A stretch of DNA of 64,000 nt from Polyangiales bacterium (GCA_038230375.1 JBBRNJ010000001.1:224001-288000), one strand, 5' to 3'; counted from the stretch's first letter, positions 24,280 to 34,810 are shown. Notes: generated by a model not told the origin, from the letters alone. Program-made: numbers and translations.

Positions 24280-26102
24280 GCCAGCAAGAATTCGGTGTGG
24301 CACGTAACTCGTTCGCCAGCGCGGGTGAGATCGACACGTTTCTGGGCACGCTCGCGCGATTCGAGAGCGGCGAGATCAGCCCCGACGAATGGCGCGCCTT
24401 CCGCCTGGTATCCGGGACCTACGGCCAGCGGCAAGAGGGCGACCTCTCCATGCTGCGCGTGAAGATCCCGCAGGGCATCCTCACGAGCGCGCAGGTGCAG
24501 GCGATCGCGCACGTCTCGGAGACCTACTCGCGCGGCTTCTCGCACGTCACCACCCGGCAAAACGTGCAGTTCCACTTCATCCCGCTCCATCAGGTCGGCG
24601 CAGCGATGAGCGTGCTCGAAGCCGCGGGCCTGACCACGCGAGAGGCATGCGGCAACTCCGTTCGCAATGTGACCACCAGCGCAACGGCCGGTGTGGCAGA
24701 CGACGAGGTGTTCGACCCCGTGCCGTTCGCAGAGGCCTTCACGCGCCACTTCCTCCGGCACCCGCTGTCCTCCACGCTGCCGCGCAAGTTCAAGGTCGCG
24801 TTCTCTGGCGGCGGGCGCGATCACTCGTTCGCGGCGATCAACGACATCGGCTTCTTTGCGCGATGGGGCGCATCCGACACGCCGTGCTTCCGCGTCGTGG
24901 TCGCCGGTGGAACGGCCACCATGGTCGCAAGCGGCCGCCTTCTCTTCACGGAGCTCCCGGCGACCGACATCCTTGCGGTGGGAGAGGCGCTGCTCGCGCT
25001 GTTCCACGCGCGCGGTGATCGGGAGCACCGCCAGAAGAACAGGATGAAGTTCCTGGTGAAGACCATGGGCTGGGACGCATTCCACGCAGAGTTTCTGACG
25101 CACTTCGAGGTCGCGAAATCACGCGCGCTGCGTCTTCCGTTCGATCCGTCGCGACCCCCGCGGGCCACGGCGCCCGCGTCGCGCACGCCCGTTCCGAGCT
25201 CCCAGGAGATAGACGCGCTGCTCGGCGCAGACCGCGTGAAGGGCCCGGGGATCGTGCCGCGGCATCTGCCCATCGTCGACGCAAAGCGCGAGGCCACACG
25301 CGCGCGATTCCTCGAGACCAACGTCGCTCGTCAGCGACAGGATGGATTCTCCATCGTGACGGTCACGCTGCCGCTCGGCGATGTGTCGTCGGGGCGGTGG
25401 CGCGTTCTATCGCGTCTGGCAGAGGCGTACGCGGATGGTGAGCTGCGCACCACGGCCACCCAGAACGTCGTGCTGCGATGGGTCCCCACCGAAGATGTGA
25501 ATGCACTCTACACACATCTGGATCGCATCGGCCTGGGCCGACCGGACCCGGTGTCCATCGCGGACGTGGGCAGCTGCCCCGGAGCGGAGTCATGCAAGCT
25601 CGCAGTCACTCAGTCGCGCGGCGTCGCGGCGCTCGTGAACGAGGAGCTAGAGAATGATCTGGCGCTCCTCGATCGCGCAAAGGGCCTCGAGGTGCGCGTA
25701 TCCGGCTGCCCGAACGGCTGCGGCCTGCACCACGTAGCGGGCATCGGACTACAGGGCGGGCTCCGCAAGGTGGATGGAAGGCCCGTCCCGCAGTACTTCC
25801 TGACAATCGGCGGAGACGCCTCCGGGGAAGTGGCGCGCTTCGGCCGTCTAGCAGCGAAGGTACCCGCGCGACGAGTCCCCGCCGCGATCCGCAAGCTAGT
25901 AGCGCTCTACGAACGAGAGCGCGAAAGCGCCGAGGAGCCAATAACCAAGTTCCTGGGCCGCGTGGACATCGCACTAGTAAAGAAGGAGCTAGCCGACCTA
26001 GAAAAGCTAGACAGCTCCACCGCCACCCCAGAAGACTTCATAGATCTAGGAGAAACCAAAGCCTTCGCCCCAACAACCACCGAAGGCGAATGCGCGGTCT
26101 GA
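24276..26102 (+). CDS. Ferredoxin-type sulfite/nitrite reductase hemoprotein
   Basis: GTYGQRQ, TTRQNVQ, ACGNSVRN, LPRKFK, SCPGAESCKLA, SGCPNGCG. Confidence 0.9.
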   Translation: MSQQEFGVARNSFASAGEIDTFLGTLARFESGEISPDEWRAFRLVSGTYGQRQEGDLSMLRVKIPQGILTSAQVQAIAHVSETYSRGFSHVTTRQNVQFHFIPLHQVGAAMSVLEAAGLTTREACGNSVRNVTTSATAGVADDEVFDPVPFAEAFTRHFLRHPLSSTLPRKFKVAFSGGGRDHSFAAINDIGFFARWGASDTPCFRVVVAGGTATMVASGRLLFTELPATDILAVGEALLALFHARGDREHRQKNRMKFLVKTMGWDAFHAEFLTHFEVAKSRALRLPFDPSRPPRATAPASRTPVPSSQEIDALLGADRVKGPGIVPRHLPIVDAKREATRARFLETNVARQRQDGFSIVTVTLPLGDVSSGRWRVLSRLAEAYADGELRTTATQNVVLRWVPTEDVNALYTHLDRIGLGRPDPVSIADVGSCPGAESCKLAVTQSRGVAALVNEELENDLALLDRAKGLEVRVSGCPNGCGLHHVAGIGLQGGLRKVDGRPVPQYFLTIGGDASGEVARFGRLAAKVPARRVPAAIRKLVALYERERESAEEPITKFLGRVDIALVKKELADLEKLDSSTATPEDFIDLGETKAFAPTTTEGECAV

Positions 26103-26141
26103 CGACCAAGCACCGGGCCACTTCAGTCGCAGCGCGGCCCC

Positions 26142-26882
26142 TCAATCACAATTGACCTTGTCGATCATGACTGAGCACTTGCAAGAGCGGTCTTTGACCA
26201 TCTTGTTGTTCTTGCAGACAAGCTTGGTCTTCTTGTCGGTGGAGCAGGCGAACTTTCCTTCGTACTCGCTCGAGTCGCAGGTGTCGCCCAGGTCCGAGAT
26301 GGTCTCGTCGCACTCGAGCTCGGTGCCACGCTGGCGGCAGCCGTGCATTCCCTTGCAGGTGGCGCCGAGGGTCATCTTGCCGCTCTTGCAGAGGAGGAGG
26401 TTCTTCTTGTCCTCGGTGCAGGAGGCGTTTCCCTCGTTCTCCTTGGTGCATGGCGAGCCCACGGAGCTGGCGCCCAGATCGCACTTCGCGCCCTCCACGT
26501 TGGAGACGCAGCCAAGGGCGCCCTTGCACGCGTCGATCAGCTTCCAGTGACCCGTCTCGCACTTGATCATCGACTTGCGATCGCCGGAGCATGAGGGCTT
26601 GCCTTCTTCGAGGCACCCCTCGCCGACCTTGTACTCGCTGTGCGAGCAGCTGCCGTCGCCCACGACGGTCATGCACCCGGTCGGGCCTTCGCACGCGAGA
26701 GCCTCCCACTTGCCCTGGATGCAGAAGAGGCCAGTCTGCTTGTCAAGGCACTGGACCTCCCCCGCGGTCTTGCAAGCAGCTCCGGCGACAGGCGGCTTCT
26801 TGCACGCCACCACGAGAAAAGAAGCCGAAACGACGGCGGCGACGACGATCACACGCGCAGCTCTGGAGGTCCCCTTGTGCAT
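26142..26882 (-). CDS. Cys-rich repeat lipoprotein
   Basis: LVVAC lipobox; four repeats of G..C..EG...C..D.K....C..G.W....C.G..GC. Confidence 0.8.
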   Translation of the reverse strand: MHKGTSRAARVIVVAAVVSASFLVVACKKPPVAGAACKTAGEVQCLDKQTGLFCIQGKWEALACEGPTGCMTVVGDGSCSHSEYKVGEGCLEEGKPSCSGDRKSMIKCETGHWKLIDACKGALGCVSNVEGAKCDLGASSVGSPCTKENEGNASCTEDKKNLLLCKSGKMTLGATCKGMHGCRQRGTELECDETISDLGDTCDSSEYEGKFACSTDKKTKLVCKNNKMVKDRSCKCSVMIDKVNCD

Positions 26883-26916
26883 GGCCCCAACCCTACCATG
26901 AGAGGTAGACCAAAGA

Positions 26917-28221
26917 ATGTCACCCGGACGTGGGTATCATCCTCTCGTGAGCCGCAGACTCGGGTTCCTCACCGTGACCTCATGGCTGGCCTTCGCGTGC
27001 GGAGCGGCCGCAACGCCAGGCGCAATGGGGACGAGGACGGCGACATCGACGGCGACTTCGACGGCGACCTCGACGGCGACTTCGACCTCGACCTCGACCT
27101 CGACCTCGACCTCGACCTCGACCTTGCCCTCGACCCCTTCCCTCCCCCCTCCGCCGACCTCCGACGAGGAGCGGCTCGCCGACGAGATCGCCACGCTCCG
27201 TCACGTCACCCGCAAGGCGGCTCTCCACGTCGAGACCGTGGACGAGGAGACCTTTCGCCGGCGCACTGCGCTGCCTCCGGCAGACGTGGCGACCGTGTCC
27301 ACGTACGTCGCGTTCGGTGTGATCCGCCACGACCCGCGGGCTGCGCCTCCGCCGAGTCAGCGTGCGTACCTGGGCCTCTACGATTTCTCGGCGCACGCTC
27401 TCTATCTTCGCAAGGGCCTGCCGCCGTCGAGCGAGCGTGGAGTGCTGGTTCACGAGCTCGCACACGCGCTCGAGGACCAGACCTTCGGCATGCCCGACGG
27501 CGAGGAGCGCGACGAAGATCACGCGCTCGCACTGAAGTCGCTCTACGAGGGCGACGCGATGGTCGTGCGCGAACTGTACGCGGCCTCGGCAGAGAACACG
27601 GATCCTGGAAAGCGCCTCGAGCATGCCGTGTTCGTCGTGCGGACGAACCCGCGCGCCCAGCTAGCGCGCGCGCTGGGTGTGCCAGAGATCGCCACGCGCG
27701 AGCCAAGATTCAACGAGACGATCTCCGCGTACATGGATGGGATGATCTTCGTCGCGAAGCTCTACGAGCATGGCGGCTTCCCCGCGATCGATCACGCGTT
27801 TGCGAGCCCGCCCGAGAGCACGGAGCAGATCCTGCATCCCGAGAAATTCATCGCTGGCGAGAAGCCCGTCACCGTGGAAGCACCCGCGCCGCCCGTCGGC
27901 TCCGAGAAGCTCGCGGAGGGGACGTGGGGGGAGCTTCGCACGCGCCTCTTGCTCGGTCGCTGCGGCAAGACCGCCGTCGTGGACGGATGGGGCTGGGGCG
28001 GCGACCGCTACGTCGTGGCGAAGAGCGGTGGCTCGGAGCTGTCACTGTCCTGGAGCACCGTCTGGGACACCGAGGGCGACGCGATGCGCTTCGAGAACGC
28101 GCTCAAGAACGCCGCCGCCTCGTGCTGGCCTTCGGAGCAGCGTGGCGGCATGTGGATCGGCAAGAAGGATCAGGTCCGCCGAGACGGGTTGCGTGTACTC
28201 TACACACGAGGCGCTTTCTAG
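26917..28221 (+). CDS. Lipoprotein, putative zinc metallopeptidase
   Basis: LAFAC lipobox; Ser/Thr linker; LVHELAHALEDQ, LYEGDA, PPESTEQILHPEK. Confidence 0.75.
   Translation: MSPGRGYHPLVSRRLGFLTVTSWLAFACGAAATPGAMGTRTATSTATSTATSTATSTSTSTSTSTSTSTLPSTPSLPPPPTSDEERLADEIATLRHVTRKAALHVETVDEETFRRRTALPPADVATVSTYVAFGVIRHDPRAAPPPSQRAYLGLYDFSAHALYLRKGLPPSSERGVLVHELAHALEDQTFGMPDGEERDEDHALALKSLYEGDAMVVRELYAASAENTDPGKRLEHAVFVVRTNPRAQLARALGVPEIATREPRFNETISAYMDGMIFVAKLYEHGGFPAIDHAFASPPESTEQILHPEKFIAGEKPVTVEAPAPPVGSEKLAEGTWGELRTRLLLGRCGKTAVVDGWGWGGDRYVVAKSGGSELSLSWSTVWDTEGDAMRFENALKNAAASCWPSEQRGGMWIGKKDQVRRDGLRVLYTRGAF
27037..27123. repeat. Hexamer/dodecamer tandem repeat coding (TATS)n(TS)n
   Basis: acggcgac(a/t/c)tcg x4 followed by acctcg repeats. 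Confidence 0.85.
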
Positions 28222-28255
28222 GACCAAATGAGCTCGCCGTGGGATACTCCCCGCG

Positions 28256-29605
28256 ATGACCTCCCTCCGCGTGCCTGCGTCGCTGCTGGGAACGCTCGTG
28301 CTCGGAGCGGGTGTTCTCCTCGCGGCGTGTGGCTCGTCGCACGACGGCAGCGCCGACGCGGACGCATCCGCCGACGCATCGCAAGGCTCGCTCGATGCAT
28401 CAGGCATTGACGCGAGCGACACCGACACGAGCCCGCCGCTCGACAACGGCGCGCCGTCCACCGTCTACCCTGCGCCGCACCCCGCGCCGCCGCAGCTCAC
28501 GAACGCGAAGGGCGGGCCGGTGCTCGCGACGCCCAAGGTGATGTTCCTCTACTACCCGGGCTACCCGTACGAGACAGCGCTCGACGCGTTGGGCCAGGCG
28601 CTCGGCGCATCCACGTACTGGGCAGCGGCCACGGCGGAGTACGGCGTGGGACCGCTCGCGTGGGTCTCGTCGAAGGAGCTCACGGGCCCTGCGCCCGCGA
28701 AGATCAGCGACACCGAGATCGACACCTTCTTCCACGACCAGCTCATCGCCAGCGCGTTCGGCCTCCCGGACACGAACACCATCTACACGTTCTTCTATCC
28801 CGCGAGCACGACCATCACCTCCGGCAGCAGCCAGAGCTGCAGCTCGTTCGGCGGCTACCACTCCAACGTCGCCGCGCAGGTCGGAGGCATGGTGAAGACG
28901 TTCGCGTATGCGGTGGTCCCCACGTGCACCGGCTTCGGCGGCCTTCAGGGCGTGCAGGAGATCACCGGCGCGCTGAGCCACGAGCTGGTCGAGGCCGTCA
29001 CGGATCCGTTTCCCACGACCAGCGCTGGCGCCGACACCGCGTACGGCAACGTGGACGACGATCACTTCGTGTGGACGCTCGGCGGCGGCGGAGAGTCCGG
29101 CGATCTGTGCGTTCCCGAACCAGATGCATTCTACAAGGATATGACGCTGGGCCTCACGGTGCAGCGCACGTGGTCCAACGCGCAGGCCGCGGCAGGCCAC
29201 GATCCATGCGCGCCGTCTCTGGGCACGCCGTTCTTCGCCAGCGCGCCCGTGCTGCCGGACGTGGGCACGGTGAAGCTGCCCATGGGCTTTGGCCGCGGCG
29301 CGGTCACGTCGAAGAGCGTGCGCATCCCCGTGGGTGAGAGCCGCGTCGTCGAGGTCGATCTCTACAGCGACCAGGCAACCAGCGGCCCATGGAAGGTGTC
29401 CGCGCGCGATGCCCTTGCCGACCTGGGCGACAACAAGACGCTCTCCTTCGTGTGGGATCGCACGTCCGGCCTGAACGGAGAGAAGCTTCACGTCACCGTG
29501 TCCGTGCACGGCACGTCCAGCTTCTTCCCCGGCGCGCATGCGTTCACCGTCTACTCCACGCTCGGCGCGTCCGTGCACGCCTGGACCGCGCTGGTTCTGG
29601 AGTAG
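28256..29605 (+). CDS. Secreted lipoprotein with zincin-like SHELVE motif
   Basis: LLAAC lipobox, GGPVL, FGGYH, SHELVEAVTDP, ESGDLC, VQRTWSN. Confidence 0.7.
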   Translation: MTSLRVPASLLGTLVLGAGVLLAACGSSHDGSADADASADASQGSLDASGIDASDTDTSPPLDNGAPSTVYPAPHPAPPQLTNAKGGPVLATPKVMFLYYPGYPYETALDALGQALGASTYWAAATAEYGVGPLAWVSSKELTGPAPAKISDTEIDTFFHDQLIASAFGLPDTNTIYTFFYPASTTITSGSSQSCSSFGGYHSNVAAQVGGMVKTFAYAVVPTCTGFGGLQGVQEITGALSHELVEAVTDPFPTTSAGADTAYGNVDDDHFVWTLGGGGESGDLCVPEPDAFYKDMTLGLTVQRTWSNAQAAAGHDPCAPSLGTPFFASAPVLPDVGTVKLPMGFGRGAVTSKSVRIPVGESRVVEVDLYSDQATSGPWKVSARDALADLGDNKTLSFVWDRTSGLNGEKLHVTVSVHGTSSFFPGAHAFTVYSTLGASVHAWTALVLE

Positions 29606-29608
29606 CGC

Positions 29609-30742
29609 ATGACCATCCCGCCCGATTCGACCACGCGCGTCGATCCGCGCACCGCGGAGCTGGAGGGGCATGCGCCCGTGCTGGTTGCGCGCGCGGCGGC
29701 GCTACGTGAGGAGCTCGTGCAGCTGCTTGCGCGCGAGCCGCTGCTCAAGATCCACTCGGTCACCGCGCGCGTGAAGTCTGCGGAGAGCCTGGAAGGAAAG
29801 CTGGCGCGCCCGGACCGCACCTACGAATCGCTCTGGGACGTGACGGATCTGGTGGGGCTCCGCGTGATCACCTACTTCGAGGACGACGTTGATCGTGTCG
29901 GTCGCCTGGTGGAGGCGCACTGGCCCGTGGACTTCGCCAACTCCACGGACAAGCGGCGGCGACGGGAGACGTCTGCCTTCGGCTACAGCTCACTCCACTA
30001 CGTCTGCACCATGACGGCGGACGGCACGCTGCCAGAGAGCGCGCGCTGCGAGGTCCAGGTGCGCACGCTGCTCGAGCACGCGTGGGCGGAGATCGAGCAC
30101 GACCTTGGCTACAAGGCAGCGGCGCAGATGCCGAAGCACGTGGAGCGCAGGCTGGTGCGCCTGGCGGGTCTCCTGGAGCTGGCCGACCAGGAGTTCGCGC
30201 GCATCCGCGACGACCTCCAGAGCTACGCACACGCGCTGCCCCGACGCATCGAAGAGAACTCCGGCGCGGTCGCGCTCGATCGGCTCTCACTCGCCTCGTT
30301 GCTCGACATGCCAGAGGCGCGCGCGCTCGATCACCGGATCGCGAAGGCCATGGGAAAGAAGCTGGGAACGGAGCCGTTCTTCCCGGAGTACCTCCTGCGC
30401 ATGCTGGCGCTCTCCGGAATAGAGACGGTGGGGGATGCGCGGGCTGGGCTCGCGAAGCACGAGGACGCGATCGTCTCCATGGTCGCGCCGTACTTCGCGT
30501 TCGCGTGGGCAAGCTTCCAGCTCTCCACGGAGGCCATGCCTCGGGCGCCGCGCGGCTACTCGCTCTTCTTCCTGGCGCACGCGACCGTGCTGTTCGCGGA
30601 GTCGCTCGGCGTGAGCAAGGCAGAGCGGCTCGCACGCCTCTATCGCGAGCTCGATTACCCGGATGACGAGAAGAAGGCGCAGAAGGTCGCGAGCGAGCTC
30701 GTACGCGCGTTCACCGGCGGGGCGCCGCCAGAAACTGGCTAG
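29609..30742 (+). CDS. RelA/SpoT synthetase-domain protein (small alarmone synthetase) with C-terminal extension
   Basis: RVKSAESLEGK, DLVGLRVITYF, FGYSSLHY, EVQVRTLLEHAWAEIEHDLGYK. Confidence 0.88.
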   Translation: MTIPPDSTTRVDPRTAELEGHAPVLVARAAALREELVQLLAREPLLKIHSVTARVKSAESLEGKLARPDRTYESLWDVTDLVGLRVITYFEDDVDRVGRLVEAHWPVDFANSTDKRRRRETSAFGYSSLHYVCTMTADGTLPESARCEVQVRTLLEHAWAEIEHDLGYKAAAQMPKHVERRLVRLAGLLELADQEFARIRDDLQSYAHALPRRIEENSGAVALDRLSLASLLDMPEARALDHRIAKAMGKKLGTEPFFPEYLLRMLALSGIETVGDARAGLAKHEDAIVSMVAPYFAFAWASFQLSTEAMPRAPRGYSLFFLAHATVLFAESLGVSKAERLARLYRELDYPDDEKKAQKVASELVRAFTGGAPPETG

Positions 30743-31398
30743 CCGGTGCGCAGGCGCTTGGCCGCGACGACGAGCACGTCCTCGCGTACTTCGGCGAGCG
30801 TCTTGCACCCCGTCTTCTTCAAGACGTGCCGGACGTGCGTCTTGTAGGTGTTGTCGGTGATGTCTTGCTCGTTCATGTACTGCTCGCGTGGAACGCGGGC
30901 GACAGCGGCGTTGACCAGGTCGGCCTCTGCATGGCTCAGGCGGGCCTGCCGCGCGAGCTGCTCGACGGCGACGAACAGCTCGGAGCGGGGCGCAGACTTC
31001 TCGTCCGTCGACGGGGTGCCGAGAGCCTCCGCAGCGAAGCGCCGAAGCCTCTCGACCTCGACGGGCTTGCACACGTAGGCCGCCCCCAGATCGAATGCGC
31101 GGTTGACGATGCCGACATCGAGCCGCCCAGTGCACAGCAACGCAGGCACCTGGGGATGCTGCCCGCGCACCATCGCAAGAAGGTCCAGACCGTCACCGTC
31201 ACCCAGGTTCTGGTCCATCACGAAGCCGCTCCACGCAGAATGACTGGCGAGCGCATCGAGCGCCTCTGTGATCGAAGACGCGCATCGAACCTCTGCGTAC
31301 GGCGCAAGGATGCGGCGCAGGACACCCATCACCTGCGCCTCGTCCTCGACGACGAGGAATGGCGGGAGCTCCGCGGGGAGTGCAGGGTCGGTAGGCAT
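30739..31398 (-). CDS. Response regulator with LuxR-like HTH
   Basis: LVVEDE, VMDQNLGDGDG, YVCKP, LSHAE...NTYKTHVRHVLKKTG. Confidence 0.85.
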   Translation of the reverse strand: MPTDPALPAELPPFLVVEDEAQVMGVLRRILAPYAEVRCASSITEALDALASHSAWSGFVMDQNLGDGDGLDLLAMVRGQHPQVPALLCTGRLDVGIVNRAFDLGAAYVCKPVEVERLRRFAAEALGTPSTDEKSAPRSELFVAVEQLARQARLSHAEADLVNAAVARVPREQYMNEQDITDNTYKTHVRHVLKKTGCKTLAEVREDVLVVAAKRLRTG

Positions 31399-31566
31399 GT
31401 CGTGGCAACGTCCACGCAGCCGAACAAATTAAGCGTGAGGGATTGCTTGGGTGGTTCGTTGATCCACCACCTGCTTGGCATCACCCTCACACGCAGCAGA
31501 ATCAAATCAATGATATCAACGCGGTGTAATCTTGCGCGTAGGTATGGTCCTCGCTCATCGGCGGCC

Positions 31567-32049
31567 GTGCGCACACATCCGCTCCTGTTCGCCGCCGCGA
31601 TCGCTCTCCTCAACATGGTCACCGCCGTGCCTTCCAGCGCGGAGGTCGTCCGCTCCGAAGGGCATGGGCCGCAGAAGCCGAACGTGCTGGCGATGGGTGA
31701 TGTGAAGATCTTCTCGAACGCGAGCGACGAGGTGCGACCGGACCAGGTCCGACAAGAGGCGATGAGCGCACTCGCGACGCTCGACCTGTCGAGCCTGCCC
31801 GCGTCCTCACGCAACGTCGTGTCGGTCACGCTCGTGCGCGTCGCGCCCACTGCGGAGAGCCCGGAGCCGTCGTGCGTGGTCACCGCGCTCGTGCGCGACA
31901 TGCGCAAGGAGTCACTGGTGGCGACGATCGAGACACGCGCGCGGGCACCGCTCGGCAGCACCGCCGCGTCGAACGCTCGAGAGAATCACGCGATGATGCG
32001 GAGCGCAGTGCGTGCCGCGATCTCGCAGCTGCCCACCGCGCTCAAGTAG
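31567..32049 (+). CDS. Hypothetical secreted protein
   Basis: Signal-like RTHPLLFAAAIALL...SSA; start uncertain. Confidence 0.55.
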   Translation: MRTHPLLFAAAIALLNMVTAVPSSAEVVRSEGHGPQKPNVLAMGDVKIFSNASDEVRPDQVRQEAMSALATLDLSSLPASSRNVVSVTLVRVAPTAESPEPSCVVTALVRDMRKESLVATIETRARAPLGSTAASNARENHAMMRSAVRAAISQLPTALK

Positions 32050-32075
32050 GTCGCACCCTCCGCAGCCTGCCACCG

Positions 32076-32450
32076 CTACTTGAGGTCAGCGCCGCTCTTC
32101 AGCCAGCTCGCTACCTTCTTGCCGTCGGCGCTGCTCTTCCATGCAGGGTTGCCCTTGGGCATGGCGCCTGCCTTGATCATCGACGCCATATGCGTCTTGT
32201 CCGCCTTGATGCCGGCGAGCGTCTTGAACTGAGCGTGGCAACCACCGCAGGTGCTGTCGATGACCGACTTGGTGTCCTTGTAGAGGAACTTCTTCGTCAG
32301 GTCTTCGGTCGTCTGGTCGGTATTCTCCCCGTCGGTCGTCGCATTGGTGTCGGTCGCAACGGCGGGGTCGGTGGACTCGGACGCGGTCTCCGCAGCACAT
32401 CCGGCAAGCGCAAACACCAGGGACACAAGGAGCAAGCTGTAGGTTTTCAT
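32076..32450 (-). CDS. Small mono-haem c-type cytochrome lipoprotein
   Basis: LAGC lipobox, CGGCH, distal GAMP. Confidence 0.8.
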   Translation of the reverse strand: MKTYSLLLVSLVFALAGCAAETASESTDPAVATDTNATTDGENTDQTTEDLTKKFLYKDTKSVIDSTCGGCHAQFKTLAGIKADKTHMASMIKAGAMPKGNPAWKSSADGKKVASWLKSGADLK

Positions 32451-32794
32451 CGGGCGCTGCTTTGACCTGGCCCGGCCGTGCGCGCAAGGTCGCACAGGTA
32501 GGTTTTCGATTTCCTGGTAGGCAACGATGATGCGTCCGAGCCTGTCGTGAACCCCGCCGGAAGCCCTGACTCGATCAGCGCTTGCAGTCCTCTGGTAACG
32601 AGCTATGTTCCGCCCTGTCTCACGCTACGTTCTCGCTTTCGACGCTCTCTCTCTCGTATTGGGATCGGCATTGTGGGTTTCGTCACCGTGAGGATCGTGG
32701 GAACTCTCCCCCGAACCTCGTCCATCCAAAATGGCAAACGGCACCTTGGACCTGGGTCACTTTCAGCGCCGGATTTCAGAGAAGAGAAACAGTC

Positions 32795-33133
<339 letters not shown>

Positions 33134-33222
33134 TCGGTTTCAGCTGATCGCCCTGAACGTGGGCTCGTAGCAATACGAGCTCCGGTTCATTCGTGACCCG
33201 GTTCAGCGTTCAGAAACAAAAG

Positions 33223-33254
33223 AAGCGCGCCATCCTTCATCGGGCGGCGCGCTT
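33223..33254. terminator. Probable bidirectional intrinsic terminator
   Basis: AAGCGCGCC/GGCGCGCTT stem flanked by an A-rich 5' side and a T-rich 3' side, between convergent genes. Confidence 0.6.
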
Positions 33255-33312
33255 TCTCTATTTCAGCAGTCTCGAGCGAGAAGGAAGGCCTGGCGCCGGT
33301 CGCGCCACCACC

Positions 33313-33504
33313 TCACACGGGATCTTCTTCCGGAAGAGGCTGCGGGCCCGGGATGATCCCCGCGATATCCGGATCAACGCCGTCGGCCGCGGCGGGCTTC
33401 TGGGCCTTCTCGTCACGACGATCCTTGCGCTTGACCTCCTTGTCACGCTGCTTGTCCTGTCGGTTTTTTTCTTTTTGGCGCTTGTTGACGCTCGGATTTC
33501 CCAC
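33313..33504 (-). CDS. Small basic hypothetical protein
   Basis: NKRQKEKNRQDKQRDKE...DPDIAGIIPGPQP; GGGAG SD-like sequence upstream. Confidence 0.65.
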   Translation of the reverse strand: MGNPSVNKRQKEKNRQDKQRDKEVKRKDRRDEKAQKPAAADGVDPDIAGIIPGPQPLPEEDPV

Positions 33505-34810
33505 TGGCGCTCCCGGTCTTAGGTGAAGGACGCACCATAGCGCGTCTTGGCCCGCGAATCTGCCGGTATGGTTCGGTGCTCTGCTCTTTGTCGTGTGCTT
33601 CCGCAGAGCGCGCGCGCATCACCACGAAGTCGAACGCCAGCGAGGGTAGGAGGAGACCGACGACGAGCACCGAACCGGCCACGCTGCGATCGACGCCGAG
33701 CCTGGTTGCCGCCCGTAACACGCGCGCGATCCCGTGCGCGGCAAGGATGGCCAGCGGCCCAAGGCAGTCCGCCGAGGCGATCGGCCCGACCAGATGCGGC
33801 CCGCGGGTGCCTATGAAGAGGCCCGATGCCAGGTGGATGAGCAGCCCCGCGGACAGGAGGCGCGTGACGCGATCGGTTGTGGCGCCGAGCACGACCAGAG
33901 CGAGCCCGAGCGGTCCCACAAACCACGCCGCGAGGGCGAGCGCTTCGTGTACGCAGCTGCTGCCGAAGCGCGTCCATAACATCGCCGCCGTCGAGGGCGC
34001 AGCGAGGGCCGGGCCGTCCGGCACGAGAGTGGCTCCGAATACACCAAGCTGAAGCGCGACGAGCACGGCGAGCGGCAGCGCGAGGCCAGCCACGAGCCCG
34101 ACAGCCGCGTCGCGTCGACTCGATCGGGTCCAGAGCGCATCGAGCACGAGCGGCAGGAGAAGCAACGCGGCTGACACCGGGCTTCCGATCATGGCTACAC
34201 CGATGGCCAGCCCGGTCGCGGCCCAGCGCCATACGCGACCCTGCGCGCGCGCGCCGAGCCATGTCACGATCGCGACCGCGACGAATGCGCGAGACAGGAA
34301 CTGTGCACTGGTGATCGACAGGCACGCTCCGAGCGGCGACGCCGCGACGATGACAGCGGCGACCGCGGAAGGCGCAGGCCCCAGGAGCCTTCGCGTCGCA
34401 ATGCCGACAGCAAGGACGCAGAGCGCTGCGAGCAGCGCGCACGCCACCGCGGGCGCCACTTGCGCTCGAAGCACGGCGACGCCGAGCAGGACGCACGGAA
34501 CGAGCACCATGGTGAGCTGGCGGCTTATACCTGCGGCGTCGAGCCAGAGCTTCAATGCTCGCAGCGCGCGTCCGAGGAACGGTGAGATGCCGTAGCCGAT
34601 GAGGAGAGCACCTGGCGCACAGAGCACGGCATGCCCCGTCCAGAACGCCGCCTCACCAGCAGTGGAACGGAGCGGCTCCGCGGACAGGCGCAGCTCCATT
34701 CCGGTGGGCGTCTGGGAAAGGCCGAAGAGCTCGGCGCACATCAGGACTCCCACGAGCGTGGAGGCGACGTGGCGTGCAACCCCGCCCTTCACAACGCCCT
34801 CATGTTTCAC
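33443..34810 (-). CDS. Polytopic membrane protein, degenerate GT-C-like paralogue of the upstream gene
   Basis: Shares S.AGE..FW, ASP...LS.T, LW.RFG, WF.GP.G blocks with 34807-36567; GTG34810 overlaps its stop; 3' end uncertain. Confidence 0.6.
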   Translation of the reverse strand: MKHEGVVKGGVARHVASTLVGVLMCAELFGLSQTPTGMELRLSAEPLRSTAGEAAFWTGHAVLCAPGALLIGYGISPFLGRALRALKLWLDAAGISRQLTMVLVPCVLLGVAVLRAQVAPAVACALLAALCVLAVGIATRRLLGPAPSAVAAVIVAASPLGACLSITSAQFLSRAFVAVAIVTWLGARAQGRVWRWAATGLAIGVAMIGSPVSAALLLLPLVLDALWTRSSRRDAAVGLVAGLALPLAVLVALQLGVFGATLVPDGPALAAPSTAAMLWTRFGSSCVHEALALAAWFVGPLGLALVVLGATTDRVTRLLSAGLLIHLASGLFIGTRGPHLVGPIASADCLGPLAILAAHGIARVLRAATRLGVDRSVAGSVLVVGLLLPSLAFDFVVMRARSAEAHDKEQSTEPYRQIRGPRRAMVRPSPKTGSASGKSERQQAPKRKKPTGQAA

